Shown here piece by piece: positions 48,898-57,765 of a stretch of 64,000 nt of DNA. How positions within the stretch are numbered: position 1 is the stretch's first letter; each line of letters opens with the position of its first letter. The notes beneath the pieces are model-generated. The model was not told the DNA's origin and did no database searches. It saw only the letters and a program-made list of their open reading frames with translations. The DNA is from Polyangiaceae bacterium (GTDB lineage Bacteria; Myxococcota_A; Polyangia; Polyangiales; Polyangiaceae). The translations under genes were made by a program, and so were the position numbers. The stretch is from NCBI GenBank assembly GCA_965222375.1, contig CBDCTZ010000011.1:1-64000 (forward strand). Direction: 5' to 3'.

Positions 48898-49281
48898 ATG
48901 AAACCCCTGGTCCTCTCCGCGGCGGCGGCTTGCGTTTTCACGTTGTCGCTATCGGCGTCTGCCACTCACCCGTGTCAAGTGGACGCTAGCCCCTGTGATT
49001 GCTGTCACGACGTGACCGATTGCCCGCCGCAGTGTTTCGACGCGGGAGCGGCCGGATCTGGAACCGGAGGCACTGCGACCGGCGGAGCCGGCGGTGCCGC
49101 TGGGTCTGGGGCGAGCGGCGCTAGCGGTGGAGCGTCCGGCGGCGCCCCGGGATCAGGTTCCAGCGACGATGGAGGTTGCAGTTGCAGCGTCCCCAACGGT
49201 AGTGGAGGTAGCGGCGGTCCATGGCTGGCTGCAGTTGCAGCCGTCGTAGTCGCCGCCCGTCGCCGCCGCTTTGTCGCGTAG
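48898..49281 (+). CDS. Small MYXO-CTERM protein with 6-Cys mini-domain
   Basis: Signal peptide; CQVDASPCDCCHDVTDCPPQC; GCSCSV..AVVVAARRRR. Confidence 0.75.
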   Translation: MKPLVLSAAAACVFTLSLSASATHPCQVDASPCDCCHDVTDCPPQCFDAGAAGSGTGGTATGGAGGAAGSGASGASGGASGGAPGSGSSDDGGCSCSVPNGSGGSGGPWLAAVAAVVVAARRRRFVA

Positions 49282-49377
49282 GCCGTCGCCACGGCAGTGA
49301 GAGCCGCGAGAAAAGGAAGCGTCGACGCGGTTTTTACAGCACACGTCGGGCGCGCGGCATTCTAGTGTGCGCGGGCG

Positions 49378-49881
49378 ATGTTGATCCGACCATGTAATGC
49401 CGACCGCGACCGGGTTGCCTGCCGTCAGCTGTGGGTGCAACTGACCGAGCATCATCGACAGTTGTACAGCGATCCCAAGATCGGCGGCGAAGAGCCTGGT
49501 CTCCAGTTCGATGACTATTTGAAGCACGACAACCTGGCAGCGATGTGGGTCGCCGAGGATGCCGATCGCGTGGTTGGCCTGTGTGGTCTGCTCGTTGATG
49601 GAACGGACGGCGAGCTGGAGCCGATTGTCGTCGATCCGGCATTTCGCTCCCGCGGCGTGGGCCGAGCCCTAGTGCAGTACGTTGTCGACGAAGCACGGCA
49701 ACGTGGCCTCCGCTACCTCAACGTGCGCCCCGTAGCTCGCAACGCCGCGGCCATCAGCTTTTTCGCCGAAGCCGGCTTCTGGCTACTATCACGAGTGGAG
49801 CTGTCGCGAGCCTTGGGAAAAGACAATCGCGACAAGTTCGACCAGTCCGTCGACCTTCACGGTCACTGCTTCCGTAGCTAA
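49378..49881 (+). CDS. GNAT N-acetyltransferase
   Basis: VDPAFRSRGVGRAL; N..AI.FF..GF. Confidence 0.9.
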   Translation: MLIRPCNADRDRVACRQLWVQLTEHHRQLYSDPKIGGEEPGLQFDDYLKHDNLAAMWVAEDADRVVGLCGLLVDGTDGELEPIVVDPAFRSRGVGRALVQYVVDEARQRGLRYLNVRPVARNAAAISFFAEAGFWLLSRVELSRALGKDNRDKFDQSVDLHGHCFRS

Positions 49882-49903
49882 CCCTCCAGGCGGAGCGTGC
49901 TCG

Positions 49904-51877
49904 CTAGAACGCGTTCTCAAGTCGCTCGATGTCCTCCTTGAGATCGTAGGCTTTGCGTCGGAAGCGAGGTGCCGGCATGCCCGCAGGGGGCGCTGGGGCG
50001 TTCGCCTCGGAGGCTTTGCGACGCTTCATTTCCAGCACCAGGGTCGGTGGGTATTCGAGCTGGTACTGGATCCCGAACTTGCGTTTCTCCTTGGGGCGCA
50101 GCGTCAGAGGCCAACGCAAGATCCCCTTGGAGTCGGGCTTGATGTTGGGGGTCACCTTGACCCGGCTGACTACGATGTCCTTGTCTTCGCTCACCGGAAT
50201 GCGATCGGCGAGCTTGAGCGACATGGTCTTGGAGGAGAGGTTCTCGACGGTGACGATGAAGGCCAGCTGCATTCGAGTTCGCGTCTTCCGCACCAGGGCG
50301 CTGCGCTTCTTGTCGAGCACGCGCGAGATCTTGAGTTGGTCCGCTACGCTCAAAAAAACCGCGAACTTCTCGCTCTCCGCCACGAAGTCCAGGTTGGTCA
50401 TTCCAAGGAACGCGCCTGCTTGATACAGCGCCACCTTTCCAGGCAAGAGCGACTGGCCGCTGGTGTTGACCATCTCCAGGGTGTCGGCGGCGTTTAGGGA
50501 TTGCTCGGGAGCCGCGACGATGGCCTTCTTGGCTTTCAGGACCGCGCGGCCGAGGGGCACACGCACCGAGCGGCCATCTGCCCGCACCTTGGTCGTGCTC
50601 ATCGCTTTGAACTGCGACGTCGTGCCACGCTGTTGCAGGCTTTGGAAAAGCTGAACGGTTTTGCTCTGTATGACCTGCAGATACTCGAAGTTCGTTTTGT
50701 AGGTCTTTTCGAAGCTCTTGCTGCCAACGGAGCGGCGGACTCGTTTGTTCCACAAACGGTTCTGCCCTTGGAACGCCGCCTCGGCACGCCTGAAGGATGC
50801 CGAGCGCCGCTCGATGCTCTGGGTCGTTGCCGCGCTGTTGCCCAAGGTCAGCGCTTCGAGCTCTGGAATGCGAACTGTGGCCGTGGACGACTGTGTCGAG
50901 AACGTGAGCTCGGCATTGTTCCAGTCCTCACCGCTTGCCTGCGTGACGACTGCGAAGGATGTGATTTCGACGGACTTTGCATCCGTGCCTGAAGCGCGGA
51001 GCTCGTGCGCGGCCTCCCAGGTCGCTCCAGGAAGCAGGTAGCTGAGCTGCAGCTGGCCCTCAGTTGGAGCTTTGCCCTGCACGGTGACGAAGACCTTCGT
51101 CTCCTCGAGCTGGGTCAAACCGCGCAGATCGTCGAGACGCCGCTTGCTGGCCTTGACTTTCGGGGCGAGCTTCTTGCGCTCGGCTTGTACGGCGCGACGC
51201 CCCTTGGCGATTTCGCGCATCTTCTGGGCGATGAAGTCCACCACCGCAGCGTAGGTGTTCACGCCGACGCTGCCCGCGACCGGTGGGTTGCCCGGGCCCT
51301 TGGGATTGCCGATCGCCACGTCCTTGTTGAGTTTGTCCATGGAGAACGCCTTGATGTCCTCGACCTGCTTGGTCTGCGCATCCAGCACCTTGAGCTCATC
51401 GTCGAGGGCGAGCAGTCGGTCGGCCAGCGCTCGGGCGTGCGCTTCCGCTTTGCGATAGCTCTTCTCCGTCGCCTGAGCGAGATAGCTCCGGCCTACCCGC
51501 ACGTCCAAGATGCGCCCCGCAGTAGTCGCTGCGCGTACTGAGCCATCGTCGACCCAACCCGGCAGATGCCGAAACGCGAACACCGTTGGCTGAGTCGTGA
51601 TCTTGACCGCCGCCTCTCTTCTGACGAGCGCTCGGTCGGAATACACGGTCACTTTGCGAATCGTGGACGAGACTTCGACCGCATTGGGATCGTCCTCGAG
51701 GGAGACTAGGCTCGCCCGTGGCACGGACGGGTCGATCTCTTCGGCAGCGGTGTTGGTGCCCTTTGCAGAAGAAGGTTGCTTCGCTGTGCTGTGTGCCTGC
51801 GCACAGCCCGTCGCCCAGAGCAGCCATGCCCCGAGACAAACCCAAACCACTCGACCGATGCTTTGCGTCGTCGACAT
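49904..51877 (-). CDS. DUF4140/DUF4139 (MuiA-like) protein
   Basis: VTVYSDRALVRR, VTQASGEDW, LLPG, DRIPVS, GILRW. Confidence 0.88.
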   Translation of the reverse strand: MSTTQSIGRVVWVCLGAWLLWATGCAQAHSTAKQPSSAKGTNTAAEEIDPSVPRASLVSLEDDPNAVEVSSTIRKVTVYSDRALVRREAAVKITTQPTVFAFRHLPGWVDDGSVRAATTAGRILDVRVGRSYLAQATEKSYRKAEAHARALADRLLALDDELKVLDAQTKQVEDIKAFSMDKLNKDVAIGNPKGPGNPPVAGSVGVNTYAAVVDFIAQKMREIAKGRRAVQAERKKLAPKVKASKRRLDDLRGLTQLEETKVFVTVQGKAPTEGQLQLSYLLPGATWEAAHELRASGTDAKSVEITSFAVVTQASGEDWNNAELTFSTQSSTATVRIPELEALTLGNSAATTQSIERRSASFRRAEAAFQGQNRLWNKRVRRSVGSKSFEKTYKTNFEYLQVIQSKTVQLFQSLQQRGTTSQFKAMSTTKVRADGRSVRVPLGRAVLKAKKAIVAAPEQSLNAADTLEMVNTSGQSLLPGKVALYQAGAFLGMTNLDFVAESEKFAVFLSVADQLKISRVLDKKRSALVRKTRTRMQLAFIVTVENLSSKTMSLKLADRIPVSEDKDIVVSRVKVTPNIKPDSKGILRWPLTLRPKEKRKFGIQYQLEYPPTLVLEMKRRKASEANAPAPPAGMPAPRFRRKAYDLKEDIERLENAF

Positions 51878-52024
51878 GATGATTCCCTAGTTTTGGGGCC
51901 CAAGCCCTGTCGCCCCCGCCGCAGGGGCATTCTTGGGCTCGAACGTCGATTCAGCGTGCGTATACGTTTGGGTTTGCGCTGGGGTCTGAGAAAAAGCCCC
52001 GCCGGTTGACGCGAAAGAACTCCG

Positions 52025-53200
52025 CTACACACCCCGAGGGCTGTGAGAGGGCTGTGAAGGGCCTTTCTGCGGCGGGGCTCCGGGAAAGCGGGCCATGAAG
52101 CGGCGGTCGATTTGGTCCTTGAGCCACATGACTGGGCGCCCCGTCGCGGCAAGGCTCCACTTGCCCCCCAGGGCGCGGCCGTCCCCCAGGTTGAGCAGTC
52201 GCAGGAAGTCCGATTGTGGCTGGTAGCTTTCGAGAGGCTGCTCCGCGAGCCAGTGACGTAGGTTCCGAAGCAAGACGGGGCCTTGGCGCACGGCGTACAC
52301 GCCCGCTTTCGCTGTTTCTGGATGCGCTCGCAGGGTTGCACAGTCACCGGCTGCAAACAGGGACCCGTGACCATCCACGCGCAGGGTATCGTCCACATAG
52401 ACGAAGCCTCGGGAATCGAGGGGAAGCGAGGAGCCTCGAAAGACCTGGGGGCCCACCGCACCGGTGGACCACACCACGAGGTCGTGAGCGAGTTCGCTGC
52501 CGTCATCTAGATACACTGCGGCTCCGTCGACCTTGTTTGCTCGCACACCTGTGCGTACGCGAATTCCCCGGCGCGCTGCTTCGGACGAGATTCGAGTCGT
52601 GAATGCGTCGCCGAATCCGGGCAGCAACTGCGGGCTATCCGTTACCAAGGTGGTGCTTGCCTCCGCGTGGGTGCCCACCCGAGCGTCGAGGCAGAAGGCC
52701 AGCTCGACCCCCCCAGCGCCGCCACCAACCACCACGTTGCGGAAGGGGCGCTGTAGCTCACGCGCTCGATCGGTGGCGTTGTCAACGCCGTCGAGCAACT
52801 TGGCTATGGGGCGTGTTGGCAGCGTGTGCTTGCGGACCCCCTCGAGCTCCACTCCTGCGACGGCGGAACCAATGTCCAGGGATGCGATGTCGTAGGACAG
52901 TGCCCTGTTCTCAGGCAGTGCAACTTGTTGCGCCTTGGGGTCGATTCCGACCATCGGTTCGAGATGCAGTGTGACCCCGGCTCGCTGCGCGAGGCCGGCT
53001 ACGTCCAGCTCGGCTTCGTGCCGTCGGTACTGGCCAGCGACCACCCCAGGGACCATTCCCGAGTACACCGCAACCGCGCGGTCTACGATCAGGTGCACCT
53101 CGACGCCGACAAGAGGCTCCTTGATCAGTGCCTCGAGCACGATTGCGTGGCTATGACCTCCACCCACCAGTACCAGGCGCCGTGACTGCATCTTGCTCAT
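52025..53200 (-). CDS. FAD-dependent pyridine nucleotide-disulfide oxidoreductase of the SelD N-terminal-domain type
   Basis: LVLVGGGHSH, YSGMVPG, GGGAGGVEL, AAGDCA, KAGVYAVRQGP, KDQIDRRFM. Confidence 0.88.
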   Translation of the reverse strand: MSKMQSRRLVLVGGGHSHAIVLEALIKEPLVGVEVHLIVDRAVAVYSGMVPGVVAGQYRRHEAELDVAGLAQRAGVTLHLEPMVGIDPKAQQVALPENRALSYDIASLDIGSAVAGVELEGVRKHTLPTRPIAKLLDGVDNATDRARELQRPFRNVVVGGGAGGVELAFCLDARVGTHAEASTTLVTDSPQLLPGFGDAFTTRISSEAARRGIRVRTGVRANKVDGAAVYLDDGSELAHDLVVWSTGAVGPQVFRGSSLPLDSRGFVYVDDTLRVDGHGSLFAAGDCATLRAHPETAKAGVYAVRQGPVLLRNLRHWLAEQPLESYQPQSDFLRLLNLGDGRALGGKWSLAATGRPVMWLKDQIDRRFMARFPGAPPQKGPSQPSHSPRGV

Positions 53201-53386
53201 CCCGCCGCCCACTCCACGGGGGATTCTACGTCCAGCATGTTCCGCAGACATTGCCCAAATGAACGAGCTGTTCGGGACCAAGGGACAGGTAGTGATCCCA
53301 ATCCCTCCAAGGGCCGCCCTCCGTCGTCCTGAACTTCAGCCTGGAGCGGCGCTGCGTGCTTTTGCACTTCTGCACTTCGGGCAGCT

Positions 53387-54511
53387 TCATGGAGCGGGGC
53401 GCGTTAGGGCGCCTCTCACTCTGCCCACCAACTTGAGGCTATCGGCCAGCAGTGCGACACGGCGTGCGTTCAAGTGCGGTCGGCCCCCTCGCTGCAGAGG
53501 CGTCAGATCCCCAAATACGGGATCACTTTCATCGCGTACGGCGGACTTGCCATGGCAATCGCGACAGCTCAGGCCATTTTCTCGCCTCGCCAAGAAGTGG
53601 CTCACCGGCAAGTTCTCGACGGAACGCAGTGGTTCGAGGCGGCCGGACGAGCAGTCCAAGCGGGTGACGTCCAGATGCGCCACGCAGGCGCTGGCGTCCT
53701 CGGCGTGGCCCCGGCGCAGCTCGACTCGACCCACCAGGGAAGTGATGTGGGGCTTCCAGGCGGTGTCGATGGCAACCAGCTGCGAGAAGATGGCGCGCGA
53801 CTTGTCGGTGGAGATGGGGCGGAACGCTCGGGTGGCGCCTTCGACGCGCTCGTGGAATAGCGGCACGTTTCGAGCGCGTCGCTGCTGCCAGGCAGAAGCT
53901 GGCCCGACGAAGGCTTCTAGGTCGGCAAAGGGCCTTGCACCCAGCGCTTGCAACTCCTGAGGCGTGACGCGCGCGATCGACACGACTCGAGCCGCGGCCG
54001 ACTTCAAGCCCGCGTCGGGGCAGACCGCTGCGTTCGCAAACACCCGCAGTGCTGCGTTCTGGGCGACGACTCTCCCAGCTACGGACAGCTTGGGTGCGGC
54101 ACTTGCATTGGCCAGAGCGCCCCGAGCCCGATCGCAAACTTCCTTTTTCGGTCGCCGGTGGCGAGGCTCCATCAGTCGATTCCCAACGCGGTGTAGCGCC
54201 ACCAGCCAATCCGGCGACTTGCCACACTTGGCCTCCTGGCTCTGCCCAAGCCCGGAGCAATCCAGGGCGACCCCGGGAGGATGCCCGGCTGGTCGAGGTG
54301 GCGCGGTGTCGGCCGCCGCTGCTGCATCCGGAGCGTCGGGCGCTGCTGGGGTTGGTGCGTTCGCACTCGGCGCCGTGATTTCGGGTGGCGGTGGCATCCC
54401 GCCGGGGCCGCCGGGCCCCGTGCTCGCTTGATTGGCTTGGCAGCTTGCCGTCATCAAGCCACCCAACAGGGCAGCCAGCAGAGCTTGCCGGCTTTCGCGC
54501 GCTTGGTTCAC
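53387..54511 (-). CDS. Lipoprotein with C-terminal CxxCH (possible c-type heme)
   Basis: TASC lipobox, CRDCH; GTGA coupling to upstream gene. Confidence 0.6.
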   Translation of the reverse strand: MNQARESRQALLAALLGGLMTASCQANQASTGPGGPGGMPPPPEITAPSANAPTPAAPDAPDAAAAADTAPPRPAGHPPGVALDCSGLGQSQEAKCGKSPDWLVALHRVGNRLMEPRHRRPKKEVCDRARGALANASAAPKLSVAGRVVAQNAALRVFANAAVCPDAGLKSAAARVVSIARVTPQELQALGARPFADLEAFVGPASAWQQRRARNVPLFHERVEGATRAFRPISTDKSRAIFSQLVAIDTAWKPHITSLVGRVELRRGHAEDASACVAHLDVTRLDCSSGRLEPLRSVENLPVSHFLARRENGLSCRDCHGKSAVRDESDPVFGDLTPLQRGGRPHLNARRVALLADSLKLVGRVRGALTRPAP

Positions 54512-54840
54512 GAGAGCTCTCCGTTCTTCCAGGCGTAGTAGCAACCCTGAGAATACAGGTGGGTCAGGTTTTCGTTGCTGACCCAAGGGAAACGCGCATG
54601 TACCGCGGCGCGGAACAGCTTCAGCCCGTCGTTTCGTTTCACGCCAGCCTTTCGCCAGCAATCCGGTGCCTGCTGCTGACCCAACTCCATCACCTCGCGA
54701 CACTGCGCGTCGTACTGGTCCAGTTCCTTGCGCGAGAGATCTGGGTACCGATTCGAGAGGCGCGGCTGCACGGGTTTGAGCCAGTCTTCACCGAAGGTCA
54801 TCGCCAGCTCCAGCGCGACGTTCAAGATCGCCGGCTCCAT
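54508..54840 (-). CDS. Small hypothetical protein
   Basis: MEPAILN..YAWKNGELS; TAATG coupling. Confidence 0.7.
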   Translation of the reverse strand: MEPAILNVALELAMTFGEDWLKPVQPRLSNRYPDLSRKELDQYDAQCREVMELGQQQAPDCWRKAGVKRNDGLKLFRAAVHARFPWVSNENLTHLYSQGCYYAWKNGELS

Positions 54841-55145
54841 TACACGAAGTACCTGCGGACGAGGAGCCAGAAGATGGGAAACGCGGCGACTGCCGTCACC
54901 AGCATAGTGCTGCGGCGGAGTCTTTCGTGTCGGTACTCGCAGACAGCTTCGTACGCGCCCACAGCGCTTACCATCAGGGCAACGCAGAAGGGCAGCACGA
55001 ACAACGGCGCCGTGGCCCAAGCGCCCCACCCGTCGAAGCCACGCGCATACACCTCGACGCCCAACAACGAAGCCAGCGGTAGCCAGAAGCCCACACGAAT
55101 CACACTCCAGCCGGCCGGCCTTTCACACAGATTGGAAATTGCCAA
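54840..55145 (-). CDS. Small membrane protein
   Basis: About 3 hydrophobic segments; start uncertain. Confidence 0.55.
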   Translation of the reverse strand: MAISNLCERPAGWSVIRVGFWLPLASLLGVEVYARGFDGWGAWATAPLFVLPFCVALMVSAVGAYEAVCEYRHERLRRSTMLVTAVAAFPIFWLLVRRYFV

Positions 55146-55354
55146 GGGAGCCCCAGGCTACGCGCTGGACCGGGAGGCGTCGAGGCAACTAGGTCCAAGC
55201 AGCGTCGCGGCTGACTCGGGTGATGCATTCAATCGGCGGCGAAACAGTAGAAGTACCCGGCACCGGCGGCGGAATCCAAACCGGCTGCGCAGCCATGACG
55301 GAGGTCAGAGGCGCGGCGGGTCAGCGCCGCTACTCTGAGTCCGGGAGGCGAGTC

Positions 55355-57655
55355 ATGTCACGAGTCAAAGTCGCTCTGGTTGGAAGGCGCCTGGCGCACA
55401 ACGAGAACCTGGGGCTCTGCTATTTGCGCGGCGCACTGCGCCACGCTGACATCGAGGTCGAGGTTCACTACGTAAACGATGGCGAAGAGCTGTTGGCGGC
55501 GCATCGCGCCATCACCGAGCAGCAACCCGACGTGGTGGGACTGTCGCTTTCGGATGGGGGCTCAGCCCTGTGGCCTCTCGCGCTTGGCGAGCTCTTGGCC
55601 AAAGAGGGGTTTGCCGGGCACATCACGTCCGGCGGGCAATTTGCGACCTTGGCGCGCCGGTGGCTTCTGGAGCGCTACCCCTGGCTCGATACTGTCGTGC
55701 GCTTCGCCGGTGAAGCGGCGCTGGTGGAGCTGTGTCAGAACATCGAGCGGGGGAGCCCCGTCGGCGAGGTCGCCGGAGTCACGACGCGGGACGGAGATGG
55801 CCTCCCCGCACAGGTGCTCGAAGTGAACCCGAAGCAGGTTTGGCCGGAGCGCGATGAGCTCTCGGAGCTTTTGGGCCACACCGCTGTGCATATGAGTGGC
55901 TCGCGCGGGTGTTGGGGGCGCTGCCAGTACTGCGGTCCCGCCGCTCTTCACACCCTGGAGCGAAAAGACGGGCGCCAGCTGGGTACGACGGTCAGCGAGC
56001 TGAACCGTGCGGGCGTGGGAGGGCTTCGCCGTCGGGATCTGGGTGACGTTTGCCACGAGATGGCGCAGTTGTGGCACGAGAGAGGGGCCCGCTACTTCTA
56101 CTTCGTCGACGAACACTTATTGCCCTACGACGAAGAGGAAGCCCTGGTTTTCCTGGATCGATTTGGCAGCGAGCTCGCTCGCCGGAAAGTTGGCGCTCTC
56201 GGAATCGGTGCCATGCTGCGCGCTGACCGGGTGACGCCCAAAGTGCTCGAGGAGTTCTCTCGAGTGGGACTGGTGCGATGCTACGTTGGCTTGGAGCTCG
56301 CCACGCGGGAAGAAGGGCGTCGCTTCTGTCGGCCCGCGCCCACGGAACGTGAGCTCGAATTGCTGGCTGTCTTTGCCGACTTGGGCGTCGCCACCGTCTC
56401 CAATCTGATGCTGGTGCACCCGTACTCGACCCTAGAGAGCATCGGACAAGGCATCGACTTGCTCGAACGTATCCCCGCAGGCGTATTCGAGACGACGCGC
56501 ATGATGGTGTACCAGGGGACGCGCCTTCAAGAACGCATGGCCGCCGAGAATCGCCTGATCGGTAACCCCCTGCGCTATGGCTACACCTTCGACGACGAGC
56601 GCGTCGAGGGCTTTGCGGAGATCTTCAGTCGCCTGCGCGGTGAAGCCTTCTGGAACTACAGCGTTGCCTATCGCGCACACGATGTGTACCTAGCACTAGC
56701 GCTGGCGCGTCGCCTGTACCCGGACCGATTGCGGCAAGAGGGCGCTCTCGAACCCACGCGACAAGGGATCAACCGCCTCTACGTCGAGGCCTACCGACGC
56801 GGGTTGGAACTCGCGGAACAAGGAGGCCGATTCGCTGATGCCAGCTCGCTGGTGTCGGAGATCCGCGAACGGGCAGGCGGTCTCGAGCGCCGCCTGGACG
56901 AAGTGGAGCGCCGGGTCTTGACAGACATCCGCGCCCCAGAGCGCCGCTTTGCACCGATTCGCTCCGCGGCTGCAGCCGCCTTCACGTTCGTGCTGGCGAC
57001 CGGCTGCGGCGGGTCGACGGATCAAGACTCAGGCTCTGGGCCCAAGGATGCCTCCGCTGACGGCTCCGGCGGCACGAGTGGCACCGGCGGCGGCGGCGGA
57101 ACCGGCGGCGGCACGGGAGGCGCCAGCTGCACCGACACGGACATCGAGGCCGCCAAGGCCACCGTCAAGGCGCTTGTGAAGAACACGGACCCTTGCTTCT
57201 CGGGTGGTGTCACATTCAGCACGCCAGGCGGCAGTCCTCAAGTTCGTTACGATCTGATGGGATTCACTGGCGGACTGATGGTTCGAGTGTGTGACACTCC
57301 GGCGTCGAAGCAGGTCACTGCGAAGCACGAGCAAAACGTGTCCCAGGCGCTAGCTGGCAACGTCCCGCAATGCATCTACGCGGCGGGACAGTTCGACAAG
57401 TACGTGCCCATCGAGGGCAACGCCACCGATGAGGCCAAGGGCCTCGGGCAAGCGATCGACAAGGCCTGCGGCGGGCAAATCGGATTTCCGGTGCAACTCA
57501 AGATCGTCCTCGACGTAGGTGGCAAGGTCGTCGACGTGGTGACGACTCCGAACACGCCCGCCATCAATCAGTGCGTCACCGCCGCGCTTGCCGGTCTCAG
57601 CTTCCCCTGCCTCGCCAGCCTAGAAGTGTGCCCCGAGTACGCCATCGCGGAATAA
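55355..57655 (+). CDS. B12-binding radical SAM protein fused to an internal signal/lipobox and a C-terminal extracytoplasmic-type domain
   Basis: GGAGG RBS; ENLGLCYL, PDVVGLS, GGQFAT, GE (B12-binding); SRGCWGRCQYC; FVDE; VGLE; YQGT; then AAAAAFTFVLATGC + Gly linker + Cys domain. Confidence 0.9.
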   Translation: MSRVKVALVGRRLAHNENLGLCYLRGALRHADIEVEVHYVNDGEELLAAHRAITEQQPDVVGLSLSDGGSALWPLALGELLAKEGFAGHITSGGQFATLARRWLLERYPWLDTVVRFAGEAALVELCQNIERGSPVGEVAGVTTRDGDGLPAQVLEVNPKQVWPERDELSELLGHTAVHMSGSRGCWGRCQYCGPAALHTLERKDGRQLGTTVSELNRAGVGGLRRRDLGDVCHEMAQLWHERGARYFYFVDEHLLPYDEEEALVFLDRFGSELARRKVGALGIGAMLRADRVTPKVLEEFSRVGLVRCYVGLELATREEGRRFCRPAPTERELELLAVFADLGVATVSNLMLVHPYSTLESIGQGIDLLERIPAGVFETTRMMVYQGTRLQERMAAENRLIGNPLRYGYTFDDERVEGFAEIFSRLRGEAFWNYSVAYRAHDVYLALALARRLYPDRLRQEGALEPTRQGINRLYVEAYRRGLELAEQGGRFADASSLVSEIRERAGGLERRLDEVERRVLTDIRAPERRFAPIRSAAAAAFTFVLATGCGGSTDQDSGSGPKDASADGSGGTSGTGGGGGTGGGTGGASCTDTDIEAAKATVKALVKNTDPCFSGGVTFSTPGGSPQVRYDLMGFTGGLMVRVCDTPASKQVTAKHEQNVSQALAGNVPQCIYAAGQFDKYVPIEGNATDEAKGLGQAIDKACGGQIGFPVQLKIVLDVGGKVVDVVTTPNTPAINQCVTAALAGLSFPCLASLEVCPEYAIAE

Positions 57656-57679
57656 CGGGCTCGAACCCCGCCCAGGTTT

Positions 57680-57736
57680 GGCCCGGGGCGAGAGTAGTGG
57701 CCCGAATTGACCCAGAGCACGCGACCCCAAACCCCC
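57680..57736 (-). repeat. Dispersed REP-like element, copy E
   Basis: Plus strand GGCCCGGGGCGAGAGTAGTGGCC-N19-CGACCCCAAACCCC. Confidence 0.7.
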
Positions 57737-57765
57737 AGCCCTGATCCGCCCCTCGGTTTCGCAGC

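Noticed and set aside
9491..57736. Integron attC sites as the identity of the dispersed repeat
   Set aside because: No paired RYYYAAC/GTTRRRY ends, mixed orientation, no integrase.
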